A stretch of 64,000 bases of DNA from assembly GCA_041396725.1 (NCBI GenBank), contig JAWKYA010000002.1:52650-116649 (forward strand), written 5' to 3'. The notes below the pieces were generated by a model, which was not told where the DNA came from, did no database searches, and saw nothing but the letters and a program-made list of their open reading frames with translations. The DNA is from Alphaproteobacteria bacterium (GTDB lineage Bacteria; Pseudomonadota; Alphaproteobacteria; JAWKYA01). Numbering within the stretch: position 1 is the first letter of the stretch; each line of letters starts with the position of its first letter. A program made the position numbers and the translations under genes. Of the stretch, positions 31,706 through 42,123 are shown piece by piece.

Positions 31706-32760
31706 CTAGAGCGCGGTACGCTTTTCAGCGTAGATCAACCACAAGTTCCGTGCATATATAAAGATTCCGAACATATTTCCTAAGATAAATACAAGATCCT
31801 TCCGATAAAGAGAATAAGCTAATAGAATTCCTCCACCTAAAATGCTGCAATACCAAAACATGATTGGGATCGTACTGCGTTTAGCGTACCGAAACAGCCA
31901 TTGCAAAATAAATCGAGCTGAAAAAAGAACCTGACCCGATAAACCAATAGCAATCCAAATAGTCTCTGTACTCATCACTTCTTCACCTTCATATCGCTTA
32001 AGTTTGCGACAACAGGTCGACGATACCGTCGCATAAAGGCAAGCCACACCGAACAAATCGACGATACCGACTAGGCCTCGGTCAATAATTCCATAATGAG
32101 ATTTTCCTTTTAATCGGGGTCGATTGACGACAGGAACTTCAATCAATGTATAGCCGCTTCGCTTAATTGTACTGGCAAAAAACGATGCATATTGTCGAAA
32201 ACAGGGAGCGCTAAAACGCCTCGCGCGGTAAACAGCCGCAACCGCTATCGCGTGCGCCATCCTTTAAGAGAAACTGTCCGAAACCGATTCGCAATCTTAG
32301 GGGTAAACACGCCAGCTTTCCCGTCATTCGAATTCTGCCTTACAGCAGAAACTAATCGCAGCATAGAGGTCAACTGAAGCATCCCGCGCAGCCAATAATT
32401 TGGATCTCCAGATGGAACATCTTGACCATCACCATCCATGGTCACTATCCACCCCTTCGGCCGCTGTTATCCCGGTAACCAAGCCTGCGGTTTTGCCGCA
32501 CTGCATCATATGACAGAGAACCCGCAGTTTGGGTGGTCCGATAAAGCCGATAAAGCTCGTCTCGGCTACTATCATCGCTACCGTCATCAACCACGATAAT
32601 CTCGCAATGCTCGTTAATAATCGAACGACTTAGAAAGGATAAAGTTGTATTAATTTCCGATAAAAGAGGTTCAATATTCTTCCAGCTTCGTTGTGCGCCA
32701 GGATCACAACGGACAAGCTTACCACCACAGGATCCCTATGAAATGCTGCCTAATCCCAGA
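31706..32760 (-). pseudogene. GT2 polyprenyl-phosphate glycosyltransferase (ArnC-like) with C-terminal lipid-A-disaccharide-synthase-N-like membrane domain, N-terminal part disrupted
   Basis: ORF 31706-32260 carries the GT2 C-terminus (GYTLIEVPVVNRPRLKGKSHYGI.DR) plus a three-helix membrane domain. Upstream in other frames there is DGDGQDVP (32245-32445) and an ...NIEPLLSEI......EIIVVDDG remnant around 32590-32700 interrupted by stops. Confidence 0.6.
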
Positions 32761-33006
32761 TTAGGATTATTAAAATAAATTCATCCTAGTTCATCTCCCT
32801 GCTCATGCCACAAGTTAGGTATACCATAGAAAAGTGATGCACATCACGCCGAAACCGTGTCAAATATCACTCAATTTGTGTGATGACCATCATTTCAAAA
32901 TTACCGCATCTATCTAAATCTTCGCACCTATGACGCAGAATTACACAGAGTACAAAGAGGTCTAAATGGTGCCGTCACCTAGCTCTCCCCGGTACTCGGT
33001 GCGGGC

Positions 33007-33625
33007 ATGATAACGATGGCGGCTCTTCTTGCAGGCACTCTTGCTCAGATGAAGACTGCCGCGATAGAAGTATCGCCTATCGGCGTTGTGGATGAGGTCC
33101 GCAACGATGCTTTCGGCACCCTTCCCAATCGTGCACCAGAACGGTTACGTAACACAGCAGCTGTTTTTTTCGATGAACGTATCAACTTCTGTCAATGCGC
33201 TAAGCCGGCTTTTATTCGTAGACGATACGACCTTAACTGTTGGCGCCAACTCTTCAATGATTCTCGATCGTTTTGTCTACGATCCCAAAACGGCCAAAGG
33301 CGAAATCCTTGTCCATATGGCGACAGGCGTCTTCCGCTTCGTTTCCGGTAAGATGCCGAAGGAAAATGTTACACTGGTTACGCCCGGCGCTTCCATCGGT
33401 ATTCGCGGGACGGACTTTATCGTCGAGATCTTGGGTGACGGCACTACCCGTGTCAGCGTTCTGCACGGACGCGTCATTATGACCCCTACAGCTGGCGGCA
33501 ATACATTTTCCTCGAACTTGGTCAGATGGCTCCGATTGCTAAAGAGCATGAAAACTGGTCAAGTTGAAACATGTCCTGCATCAAATTGCGCACCTAGCAC
33601 AGAAACAGCAGCTACGACCTTGTGA
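33007..33625 (+). pseudogene. FecR-domain protein, interrupted by a frameshift near 33185-33200
   Basis: ORF 33007-33351 has an N-terminal signal-like region and GTLPNRAPERLRNTAAVFFDERI. The +1 frame ORF 33086-33625 continues with LLFVDDTTLTVGANSSMILDRFVYDP...FVSGKM...VTPGASIGIRGTDFIV, which is the FecR domain PF04773 pattern. Confidence 0.5.
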
Positions 33626-33883
33626 CTACAGTTGTTTTTGGTATTAAAGCACCAAACGGCCAGTACCAGCCTGGCATACAGCTCAGGATATAGAGCCCGC
33701 CACACCAAATCCAACAACGGCCACACGCAGTGAGTTATCTGTGGGAAAGATATGCAACGGCTGGTGACCGCAGCCGGCCGCGCGTTTCTCAACCCCAGAG
33801 ACCTAAGAGCGGTGGACAACCTCCCCACGGTGATGGATCCCCAATTAATCGACCGTTTTTCATCCAATAGCGGTGAAATAGGT

Positions 33884-33918
33884 AAAAAAAACCGGAGATC
33901 ATAATCTCCGGTTTTTTT
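33884..33918. terminator. bidirectional rho-independent terminator
   Basis: An A8 run, then an 8-bp perfect stem CCGGAGAT / ATCTCCGG with a 4-nt loop, then a T7 run. It sits directly 3' of the minus-strand cyclophilin gene and 3' of the plus-strand FecR-like region. Confidence 0.8.
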
Positions 33919-33923
33919 ATAGC

Positions 33924-34475
33924 TTATTTATTATTGCCAAGCGTTACCGTAAGGATTCGATCGGGATCGTCAACCATGCCGCTTTGACGATCTGGAGGAG
34001 CAGCTTTAATCTTATCAACAGCTTCCATCCCTGATGATACACGACCTACCACTGTGTACTGACCATTCAGCCACGAAGCATCTCCAAGGCAGATAAAAAA
34101 CTGACTATTTGCTGAGTTAGGATCGGCGGAGCGCGCCATCCCAACTGTTCCCCGTATAAATGGGGTCTTACTAAATTCAGCTTTTAAATTCGGTTTATCC
34201 GATTTTCCTGTTCCTGTCCCTGTAGGATCGCCAGTTTGCGCCATAAATCCTGGGATCACCCGGTGAAAAGGAACACCATCGTAAAACTTAGCAGCAGCTA
34301 ATTCCTTCAATCGTTGCACATGATTGGGGGCAATATCACTAGCAAGATCAATCACGATTGCACCATGACGTGTTGTGATAACCAGCTGATTAGCTGGTTC
34401 AGCCGCTTTACCAATACCTGCAGAAACGGCAAGGACAACAGCCGTTGCAGTGAGAAGAGGAAGAAATTTGATCAT
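33924..34475 (-). CDS. ppiA: peptidyl-prolyl cis-trans isomerase, cyclophilin type, periplasmic
   Basis: Signal peptide plus [21 protein letters not shown] and a [12 protein letters not shown] cyclophilin core. Confidence 0.9.
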   Translation of the reverse strand: MIKFLPLLTATAVVLAVSAGIGKAAEPANQLVITTRHGAIVIDLASDIAPNHVQRLKELAAAKFYDGVPFHRVIPGFMAQTGDPTGTGTGKSDKPNLKAEFSKTPFIRGTVGMARSADPNSANSQFFICLGDASWLNGQYTVVGRVSSGMEAVDKIKAAPPDRQSGMVDDPDRILTVTLGNNK

Positions 34476-35692
34476 TGTTTTGCCATTCTTTCAGTGAGAT
34501 TTTTATCGAGCACTTCTAAAAACTGCATTGTTGTTAGCCAGGGTTGATTGGGAGAAATCAAAATCGAGAGATCTTTAGTCATCTGCCCGGCCTCTACCGT
34601 CTCGATGCAAACGGCCTCCAATGTCTCAGCGAATTTTTGCACCTCGGGGGTAGCATCGAACTTACCTCGATACCACAGCCCCCGTGTCCATGCAAAAATC
34701 GAGGCGATTGGATTGGTCGATGTCTGCTTACCTTTCTGATGTTCACGATAATGCCGAGTCACTGTTCCATGGGCAGCCTCAGCTTCGACTATATTACCGT
34801 CGGGCGTAAGCAGTACACTGGTCATAAGGCCCAGAGATCCAAAGCCTTGCGCTACGGTGTCGGACTGCACATCACCATCGTAATTTTTACACGCCCATAC
34901 GTAACCGCCACTCCATTTCAGAGCTGATGCCACCATATCATCGATAAGACGATGTTCATAAGTAATCTTCTTAGATTCGAATTTTACCCTAAACTCTTCA
35001 TCGTAAATCTTCTGAAAAAGATCTTTGAAGCGCCCATCATAAGTTTTTAAGATCGTATTTTTCGTTGAGAGATAGACGGGCCATCCCATATCTAAACCAT
35101 AGTTGAAGCAGGCTCTGGCAAATCCCATAATGCTTTCATCAAGATTGAACATCCCCATTGCGACACCGGCGCTTGGAAATTTCGCAACCTCCCTAGTGAT
35201 GGGTGCGCTTCCATCGGCAGGAACGAATGTCAGGGATAAAGTCCCTTTACCCGGAACCTTAAAATCGGTTGCCCGGTATTGATCGCCGAAGGCATGGCGC
35301 CCTATAACGATAGGCTTGATCCATCCCGGTACCAGGCGCGGAACATTTTTACAGATGATAGGTTGACGGAAGATTGTGCCCCCAACGATATTACGAATCG
35401 TTCCATTCGGCGATTTCCACATTTCTTTAAGGCCAAACTCCTCAACCCGTGCCTCATCGGGCGTAATGGTTGCACATTTAACACCTACACGATAGGTCCG
35501 GATAGCTTCCGCTGCATCGACAGTAATTTTATCGGAGGTAGCATCACGACTTTCGATACCCAAATCATAGTATTTTAAATCAACATCCAAATACGGAAGA
35601 ATAAGGCGTTCTTTAATCATCTTCCAAATAATGCGGGTCATTTCATCCCCATCTATTTCGACGATGGGATTCTTCACCTTAATCTTCGCCAT
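34472..35692 (-). CDS. icd: NADP-dependent isocitrate dehydrogenase (eukaryotic-like ~405-aa type)
   Basis: [23 protein letters not shown]...[11 protein letters not shown]...GRHAFGDQY matches IDH1-like bacterial enzymes. The start is at MAKIKV rather than the upstream in-frame ATG. Confidence 0.95.
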   Translation of the reverse strand: MAKIKVKNPIVEIDGDEMTRIIWKMIKERLILPYLDVDLKYYDLGIESRDATSDKITVDAAEAIRTYRVGVKCATITPDEARVEEFGLKEMWKSPNGTIRNIVGGTIFRQPIICKNVPRLVPGWIKPIVIGRHAFGDQYRATDFKVPGKGTLSLTFVPADGSAPITREVAKFPSAGVAMGMFNLDESIMGFARACFNYGLDMGWPVYLSTKNTILKTYDGRFKDLFQKIYDEEFRVKFESKKITYEHRLIDDMVASALKWSGGYVWACKNYDGDVQSDTVAQGFGSLGLMTSVLLTPDGNIVEAEAAHGTVTRHYREHQKGKQTSTNPIASIFAWTRGLWYRGKFDATPEVQKFAETLEAVCIETVEAGQMTKDLSILISPNQPWLTTMQFLEVLDKNLTERMAKQ

Positions 35693-35780
35693 CATTAACT
35701 CGCCCCTATGCAATCATTATCCAAGGCGGCGACATTAAGCGGCATGAGTCGCCCTTGCAAGAGACAGATTTAAGGTATTC

Positions 35781-36377
35781 TTATAGACGTTGAGTCTGCG
35801 CAGGTCGCCCAGGAACTGTTTCCTCCTGCAAGAGATGCGCCATCAATTCTGCCGAAGAAGAAACAATGCGGTAAAGTCTACGAGTTGCTGCCGATGCATA
35901 ATGGCCCTCGATAACAGCGTCTAGAAGCTTGATTAAAGGTTGCCAATATCCATCAATATCAAAAATGAAAATCGGTTTGTCATGAAGATGCAGCTGGCGC
36001 CAGGTTATAATCTCAAACGTCTCATCCAAGGTTCCTAACCCACCCGGAAGAATGATAAAAGCATCCGATCGCTCGAACATCTGACGTTTTCGAATATGCA
36101 TACTGGGTACAATATGTAATTCCGTTATCCCTTTATGGGCGATCTCTGCTTCATGCAAGTGCTCAGGAATAAATCCAATAACCTTACCGCCCGCAGCAAG
36201 AGTCGCATCGGCAACGGTACCCATCATTCCCACGCGACCACCACCATAAACAACCGCTATTCCAGCCTTCGCCATAAGATGGCCTACATCACGCGCCGTA
36301 TCATAATGAATAGGTGCGCCACTAGCGGAACTTCCACAATAAACACAAACTGATTTAATAAGAGGCATGTGAGTCAC
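35781..36377 (-). CDS. LOG family protein (cytokinin riboside 5'-monophosphate phosphoribohydrolase-like, TIGR00730)
   Basis: Contains SVCVYCGSS...VYGGGRVGMMG...PGGLGTLDE, the LOG family signature. Confidence 0.85.
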   Translation of the reverse strand: MTHMPLIKSVCVYCGSSASGAPIHYDTARDVGHLMAKAGIAVVYGGGRVGMMGTVADATLAAGGKVIGFIPEHLHEAEIAHKGITELHIVPSMHIRKRQMFERSDAFIILPGGLGTLDETFEIITWRQLHLHDKPIFIFDIDGYWQPLIKLLDAVIEGHYASAATRRLYRIVSSSAELMAHLLQEETVPGRPAQTQRL

Positions 36378-36577
36378 TTGGTTTGAGAGGATCCCATAAA
36401 TGACAGATCGCCGTTAACTTGTGAAGAGGTGCAGAACCCTATGATAACTTAGATTATTAACGTATCACAGGGAGTTGAGGCAGATTTTGTTTCCTTCTCT
36501 TTGGCGTTGCTTTAGCATTTGTCCCCTTGGGATATCGACACGCGAGGAGGCTTCCGATGGTACGCGCAGGTTCTTTT

Positions 36578-37930
36578 ATGCGGCAGGGTTTTACGGTTGG
36601 TCTTATAATCAGTGGCCTTATGGGCTTTGCCGCTTTAGCAGCTGATATGACGGCTACAATAAAAGAACGTCAGGCACTCATGAAAGACATGGGTGCAAAA
36701 ATGGGGATCATCAGTGGTTTTATCAAAGAGAGTAAAGGTACTCCTGCGGATGTAGGAGTTGCTGCACAAGTTATCGCCAACCATGCACCTAAAATCCCTG
36801 CCCTCTTTATCGAAGGTTCCAGCCTTGATAAGGTGAAAGATCCCAAGACAGGTGCCAAGCCGGAAATTTGGACGGATTGGGCTAAGTTCGAAGCGGCGGC
36901 AAAAACTTTAGCCGATGAGGCCACCAAGCTGAACGCTGTCGCTAAGGGTGGCAACAAAGATGAAATCGCTGTGCAGTTTGGCAAAGTCGGTGCTGCCTGC
37001 AGCGCGTGCCATACCCCTTCGGGAGAAGATTTAATCCTTGGGGCGCGTAGGATTTCGGTATGCGCCCTTTTCTTACCCTCAGTATCGCAGCGCTTAACTT
37101 TATCCGATCTATTATCTCCCCTCGCCTGGAGCGCAGAGCCTGACGCAAAACGGGGTGCCTATATTTTCTCAGCAGCAGGATGCCAGGGGTGCCACACGGA
37201 TAGCCGTAACAGCGGTCAAATAGGCGCTGGGGGTCGCGCTTTAAAAACCCCCTTTGGCATTTTTTATGGCCCAAACATTACACCGGATCCTGACTATGGC
37301 ATCGGATCATGGTCTTCTGTAGATTTTCACCGTGCCCTCCGGGAAGGTATACGCCGAGATGGCTCTCCTTATTATCCAGCCTTCCCTTACGCTGCCTTCA
37401 CAAAAATGTCCGACCAGGACATTGATGATCTTTATGCCTACTTGTTAACCTTACCACCAGTCAAACAGCCCAGCAAACCTCATGAGCTTGGATTTCCCTG
37501 GAGTATCCGCACCGGTATTTGGGTCTGGCGGATGCTTTATTTTATACCTGGCCCTTTGTCTGCCAGTCCAAACCGATCGAACGATTATAACCGCGGCCGC
37601 TATCTAGTCGAAGCCTTAGGTCATTGTGAGGAATGCCATACGCCGCGAACCAGCCTTGGAGGTTTAGAAAATAATCGTGCCTTTAGTGGCAGTAAAGTAG
37701 GCCCTGAAGGCGGCAAGGTTCCTAATATTACCCCCCATGCCGATGGGATCGCAGATTGGAGCGAAGCAGATATCACAACAGCCCTTGAAGATGGGATGCG
37801 GCCGGATGGCGATTTCATTGGGGGTGCCATGGGAGAAGTTATCGCTAATTCTACCAGCAAGTTAACACCGGCAGACCGCAAAGCAATCGCTGTTTATTTG
37901 AAATCTCTTGTACCTCAACCTGGTCCTTGA
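36578..37930 (+). CDS. cytochrome c: class II (c'/c556-like) N-terminal module read through into a dihaem cytochrome c module (possible frameshift fusion)
   Basis: Residues ~1-165 have a signal peptide, a four-helix-bundle pattern and C-terminal AACSACH, as in cytochrome c'/c556. The rest has two further CxxCH sites (AAGCQGCH and GHCEECH), as in COG2010 dihaem cytochromes. An out-of-frame ATG at 37060 begins a signal-peptide-like MRPFLTLSIAAL. Confidence 0.55.
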   Translation: MRQGFTVGLIISGLMGFAALAADMTATIKERQALMKDMGAKMGIISGFIKESKGTPADVGVAAQVIANHAPKIPALFIEGSSLDKVKDPKTGAKPEIWTDWAKFEAAAKTLADEATKLNAVAKGGNKDEIAVQFGKVGAACSACHTPSGEDLILGARRISVCALFLPSVSQRLTLSDLLSPLAWSAEPDAKRGAYIFSAAGCQGCHTDSRNSGQIGAGGRALKTPFGIFYGPNITPDPDYGIGSWSSVDFHRALREGIRRDGSPYYPAFPYAAFTKMSDQDIDDLYAYLLTLPPVKQPSKPHELGFPWSIRTGIWVWRMLYFIPGPLSASPNRSNDYNRGRYLVEALGHCEECHTPRTSLGGLENNRAFSGSKVGPEGGKVPNITPHADGIADWSEADITTALEDGMRPDGDFIGGAMGEVIANSTSKLTPADRKAIAVYLKSLVPQPGP

Positions 37931-38014
37931 GTTTACGACTGTCTTTTACCTGATTGCCGAAAGCGAATGATGCTGTTTATGGTGGGCTTTCTTTTCCTGT
38001 GAGCTAATTTAAGC

Positions 38015-38905
38015 ATGAATAACTTTTCTACACGCCAACGCGGCATCGCTTTAATGCTTTTTTCTATGTTCTTGCTGGCGTCTATGGATGGAGCTGGCAA
38101 GCATCTCACTCATACCTATTCCATTTTTCAGGTTATGTGGGTACGTTTTCTTTTTCTCTTACCTTTAGTATCACTTCTCGCCTTACGCAAAGGTGTCTAC
38201 CGGCCGTGGCGCAGCCAGCAGCCACGCTTACAAATTATCCGCTCACTGATTCTGCTATTTGAGATCGCTTTTTTCATTCTTTCTTTCAAATATCTACCTC
38301 TAGCCGATGTTCATGCTATTGCCTCTGCTTCGCCCTTACTTGCTACGGCTCTGGCCGTTCCTCTTTTGAAAGAGAAAGTTGATTTTCGTCGTTGGGCCGC
38401 CGTGTTAATTGGATTGGTTGGCGTATTAGTCATTATCCAACCAGGACTTAGCAGCTTTAGCTATCTCTCATTAATTCCTTTACTCAGTGCCGCACTCTGG
38501 GGGCTTTATCAAGTCTTGGTAAAAGCTGTTAGTACGACAGATAATGTAGAGACAGGGCTTTTCTATACAGCGAGTATTGGTGTCATCGCCCTAAGCTTCA
38601 TCGCTCCCTTTAGTTGGGTTACACCAGATATCGAAGGGTGGTTCTTTTTAACTCTTGTTGCTTTGTTGGGATGCGGTGGACATTTTTTTATGATGAAAGC
38701 TTTTGAACTTGCACCTGCTTCCGCCTTACAACCCTTTAATTATACCTTAGTGGTTTGGGCGACGATCATCGGCGCTATTGGCTTTGGCGATCTTCCCGGG
38801 CACTGGACGATTATCGGCGCCGGTATTGTCGTTGCTGGCGGCCTCTATGCCTTCCGCCGCGAACATATAGATGATCGTAGATTGCAAAAGAGTAGCGTCT
38901 CTTAA
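38015..38905 (+). CDS. EamA/DMT family transporter
   Basis: Ten TM helices with two EamA repeats, in 296 aa. Confidence 0.8.
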   Translation: MNNFSTRQRGIALMLFSMFLLASMDGAGKHLTHTYSIFQVMWVRFLFLLPLVSLLALRKGVYRPWRSQQPRLQIIRSLILLFEIAFFILSFKYLPLADVHAIASASPLLATALAVPLLKEKVDFRRWAAVLIGLVGVLVIIQPGLSSFSYLSLIPLLSAALWGLYQVLVKAVSTTDNVETGLFYTASIGVIALSFIAPFSWVTPDIEGWFFLTLVALLGCGGHFFMMKAFELAPASALQPFNYTLVVWATIIGAIGFGDLPGHWTIIGAGIVVAGGLYAFRREHIDDRRLQKSSVS

Positions 38906-38919
38906 GACTTTACCTTAAA

Positions 38920-39636
38920 TTGCCATCTATGATTGATCAGATCGAGTCTATTCTTAAAATAATCCTTGTGCCGATTCATCGGGATGGTTGGCGTTTTATC
39001 GCCTTCTTCGCTGCCGGTGCTCTTATCTTGGCCCTGATAGCTACGCCCCTTGGATGGATTGGTGCCCTCCTTACTCTGTGGTGTCTTTATTTCTTCCGTG
39101 ATCCGACACGAACAACTCCAACAAGATCGGGGCTTGTTATTAGTCCGGCCGATGGCGTGATTCAATCCATCGGCCCAGCTTTACCACCCCGCGATCTCAT
39201 GCCCGAAGGGCAAGAAATGACGCGGATTTCCATTTTCATGAATATCCTCGACGTTCACGTAAATCGGATCCCGAGCGATGGTATGATTGTAAGCCGGTCT
39301 TATCGACCTGGCAGTTTTTTCAATGCCTCCCTTGATAAGGCGAGCGAAGACAACGAACGATGCTCCGTTTTACTTCGCTTACCGAACGGCAAAGATCTTG
39401 TTTTTGTCCAGATTGCTGGGCTTATTGCGCGACGCATCCGTAATGACCTTAACCACGATCAAGAAGTTAAAGCTGGCCAACGTTTCGGTTTGATTCGATT
39501 TGGTAGCCGATTAGATGTATATTTACCCCATGGCACAGCACCACTTGTCTGCATCGGACAGCGTGCCGTTGCAGGAGAAACTGTTCTCGCCGATGCGATG
39601 TCGGACGAGCCAGCTCGTGAAGGAGAATCTCGATGA
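38920..39636 (+). CDS. psd: phosphatidylserine decarboxylase (short, PSD-A type)
   Basis: About 230 aa, with the FGSRLDVYLP self-cleavage-type motif (related to LGST/GS) and an N-terminal TM segment. It overlaps the pssA start (ATGA). Confidence 0.85.
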   Translation: MPSMIDQIESILKIILVPIHRDGWRFIAFFAAGALILALIATPLGWIGALLTLWCLYFFRDPTRTTPTRSGLVISPADGVIQSIGPALPPRDLMPEGQEMTRISIFMNILDVHVNRIPSDGMIVSRSYRPGSFFNASLDKASEDNERCSVLLRLPNGKDLVFVQIAGLIARRIRNDLNHDQEVKAGQRFGLIRFGSRLDVYLPHGTAPLVCIGQRAVAGETVLADAMSDEPAREGESR

Positions 39637-40511
39637 CCGAGGGTAAGCCACGTCTCATCGTGTTTCCGTATCATCGCGACCGCAACAACCAAGGGCGTTT
39701 GCGTCCGCCGAGGCTACGAGGATTAGCGTTTCATCGCCTTATCCCCAATATCTTAACCGTGCTCGCTCTATGTTGTGGCGTCACTGCTATTCGATTTTCT
39801 GCTCAAGGCCGGGTAGAGATCGCTGTACTTTTTGTTGTTCTTGCTGGGATTTTCGATGGATTAGATGGTCGCATGGCCAGACTTTTGAAAAGTACCAGTG
39901 CGATTGGTGCCGAACTCGATAGCCTATCCGATTTTGTTAGCTTTGGGATCGCTCCAGCTATGGCTCTTTATTATTGGTCGTTGCATAGCCTAGGTGGTAC
40001 TGGGTGGGGGATTGCTCTCATTTACATTATCTGCTGCGGATATCGTCTTGCCCGTTTTAATACCAAACTTGGCATCGCGACGAATGTACCTACCTATACG
40101 AACAATTATTTCACCGGAGTCCCTGCCCCAGGCGGCGCAGGCCTGGCCATGATGCCAATGATGCTCAGCTTCGGTAGTGGCAGTGATTTATCCCCTTATG
40201 CACTCCTAACGGGGATATGGGCTCTCGCCGTTGGTTTCTTAATGGCTAGTACGATTCCTACCTTCTCGATTAAGCGCTTTAAGATACCACAGCGTTATGT
40301 CCTTCCTACCTTATTAGTGGTCGGGTTAACCATGGCTTCAATGATCAGTGATCCTTGGCTTACCCTTGCGACTATTGGCGCTATCTATCTAGCGAGCATT
40401 TGTTTTTCTGTATGGAGTTATCATCGTCTTCAACAAACCGAAACCCATTACAAATCATCTAAGGTTACAGAAAAACCTCAAGATCACCCAGATCAAGGAA
40501 CCTCGGCTTAA
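39633..40511 (+). CDS. pssA: CDP-diacylglycerol--serine O-phosphatidyltransferase
   Basis: CDP-alcohol phosphatidyltransferase motif DGLDGRMARLLKSTSAIGAELDSLSD. It is translationally coupled to psd. Confidence 0.85.
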   Translation: MTEGKPRLIVFPYHRDRNNQGRLRPPRLRGLAFHRLIPNILTVLALCCGVTAIRFSAQGRVEIAVLFVVLAGIFDGLDGRMARLLKSTSAIGAELDSLSDFVSFGIAPAMALYYWSLHSLGGTGWGIALIYIICCGYRLARFNTKLGIATNVPTYTNNYFTGVPAPGGAGLAMMPMMLSFGSGSDLSPYALLTGIWALAVGFLMASTIPTFSIKRFKIPQRYVLPTLLVVGLTMASMISDPWLTLATIGAIYLASICFSVWSYHRLQQTETHYKSSKVTEKPQDHPDQGTSA

Positions 40512-40517
40512 GCGGGG

Positions 40518-41147
40518 ATGCTCGATTCTCTTATTCATCAAGCTACGCGCCCATTTCTTGAGCGCATGGCCACACGGCTCGTCCGCCAAGGCATTAACGC
40601 CAATACCGTTACCCTTATCGGGTTCGGTATTGGTCTTTCTGTCGTTCCAGCTCTTGCTCTAAACAATTACTATTTTGCTATCGTCGCCATCCTCCTTAAT
40701 CGCTTTGCCGATGGACTTGACGGCCCGATGGCACGACAGGAAACGGGCCAATCGGATGGGAGTAGTTTTGGTGCCATCCTAGATATCGTTTGCGACTTTA
40801 TTTTCTATGCGGCCGTACCTTTCGGCTTTGCCTTAAGCGATCCGAACTTGGCGCCTTGGGCGGCGCTTCTTCTGTTTGCATTTGCAGGGACAGGATCTAG
40901 CTTCCTTGCCTTTGCTATCATGGCAGCAAAACATAATTTTCCTCTGATTGATCCTACGGCGGTGCATCGAGGACCTAAAGGATTTTATTATCTCGGAGGA
41001 CTAACCGAGGCGAGTGAAACCATTGTCGTATTTTTGGCCTGTTGTTTGTGGCCAGAATATTTTTCATGGTTTGCTGGGGGGTTTGCTTTAGCGTGTTTTA
41101 TAACCACAGCGAACCGCGTTTACACTGCTTTTATTCGACTTCCCTAG
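40518..41147 (+). CDS. CDP-alcohol phosphatidyltransferase family protein (head-group unknown; Pcs-like or PgsA-like)
   Basis: Motif DGLDGPMARQETGQSDGSSFGAILDIVCD, which is D-G-x2-A-R-x8-G-x3-D-x3-D. It is 209 aa with about 6 TM segments. Confidence 0.7.
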   Translation: MLDSLIHQATRPFLERMATRLVRQGINANTVTLIGFGIGLSVVPALALNNYYFAIVAILLNRFADGLDGPMARQETGQSDGSSFGAILDIVCDFIFYAAVPFGFALSDPNLAPWAALLLFAFAGTGSSFLAFAIMAAKHNFPLIDPTAVHRGPKGFYYLGGLTEASETIVVFLACCLWPEYFSWFAGGFALACFITTANRVYTAFIRLP

Positions 41148-41152
41148 ATAAC

Positions 41153-42118
41153 TCACTGTGGGTTCGGCGTAATAAAGCGATCGATCAAACTTAAAGCAAG
41201 ATTTCGTATATCATCTCGTTCTTTTAGAATCTCATGCTTTGCGCCAGAGATTTTTATTAGGGTCGCAACAGGCATTTTCTGCGCTAGATTTTCTTGAGCC
41301 TTTATATCCACCACAGAATCATCGCCAGCACATAGAATAAGCGTGGGCGTTTTCATAGCGGCAGCGAAACTGGGCTCCGCCGCTGCCTCCATACTGCGAA
41401 ACGCTGCTCTTAACCAACCAAAGGTCGGTCCACCGACTGCCAACCCAGGTTGCGCTGTTATCCAAACTTCAACATCCTTAAACCGCTTAGGATCGGAGGT
41501 TAGCCGGTTACCCTCGAATGGCCGGCCACGTAAATAATCTCCCGGTCGCCCAGGAAGATAAGTATCGGAAAATCCGCACAGACAAATTAACTTTACCAGA
41601 AAAGATGCTAGACCAGCCGGCAGAAACCTTGGTAAAGCCAAAGATATCATAGGGGCCAATAAGACCATCTTGGTAAAAGCATCTGGATACTTACGCGCAT
41701 AGTGTAGAGTAACCAAAGCACCAAAAGAATGGGCGATTGCGATACGCGGCAAAGATCCAGTTTTTGCAACAACCTCCGTCATAAAACGCTGCAAATCATC
41801 TTCGTAACGAATGAAATCATCGATATGGGCTTTATAAGGATCGCGCAACAGACGGGATGACAGTCCTTGACCTTGCCAGTCAAAGCTAAAAACCGCCCAG
41901 CCACGATGTAAAAAATCTGCAATAGTTTCGTGATACTTTTCAATAAATTCGCCGCGACCGTGAAGCAAGATAATTGCTCCGCACACGGAATGCTCAGGTT
42001 GCCAGACAACAGTTCTGATCGTTCCACCATTTGCGGTCATGATACGCCGCGTTACCCCACCAGGTGGTGCTCTGCGGCGCTGGCCAAGCGCGTTGGATAA
42101 GTCGCTATCGGAAACCAT
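41153..42118 (-). CDS. alpha/beta hydrolase (lysophospholipase-like)
   Basis: HGRGEF...AHSFGA nucleophile elbow (GxSxG as HSFGA) and a C-terminal His. It matches the monoacylglycerol-lipase/lysophospholipase family pattern. Confidence 0.7.
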   Translation of the reverse strand: MVSDSDLSNALGQRRRAPPGGVTRRIMTANGGTIRTVVWQPEHSVCGAIILLHGRGEFIEKYHETIADFLHRGWAVFSFDWQGQGLSSRLLRDPYKAHIDDFIRYEDDLQRFMTEVVAKTGSLPRIAIAHSFGALVTLHYARKYPDAFTKMVLLAPMISLALPRFLPAGLASFLVKLICLCGFSDTYLPGRPGDYLRGRPFEGNRLTSDPKRFKDVEVWITAQPGLAVGGPTFGWLRAAFRSMEAAAEPSFAAAMKTPTLILCAGDDSVVDIKAQENLAQKMPVATLIKISGAKHEILKERDDIRNLALSLIDRFITPNPQ

Positions 42119-42123
42119 GCCAT

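Noticed and set aside
33559-33867. 102-aa minus-strand ORF between the FecR-like gene and the terminator
   Set aside because: It has no recognisable features and is probably non-coding, or a remnant of the FecR-like gene's C-terminus on the other strand.
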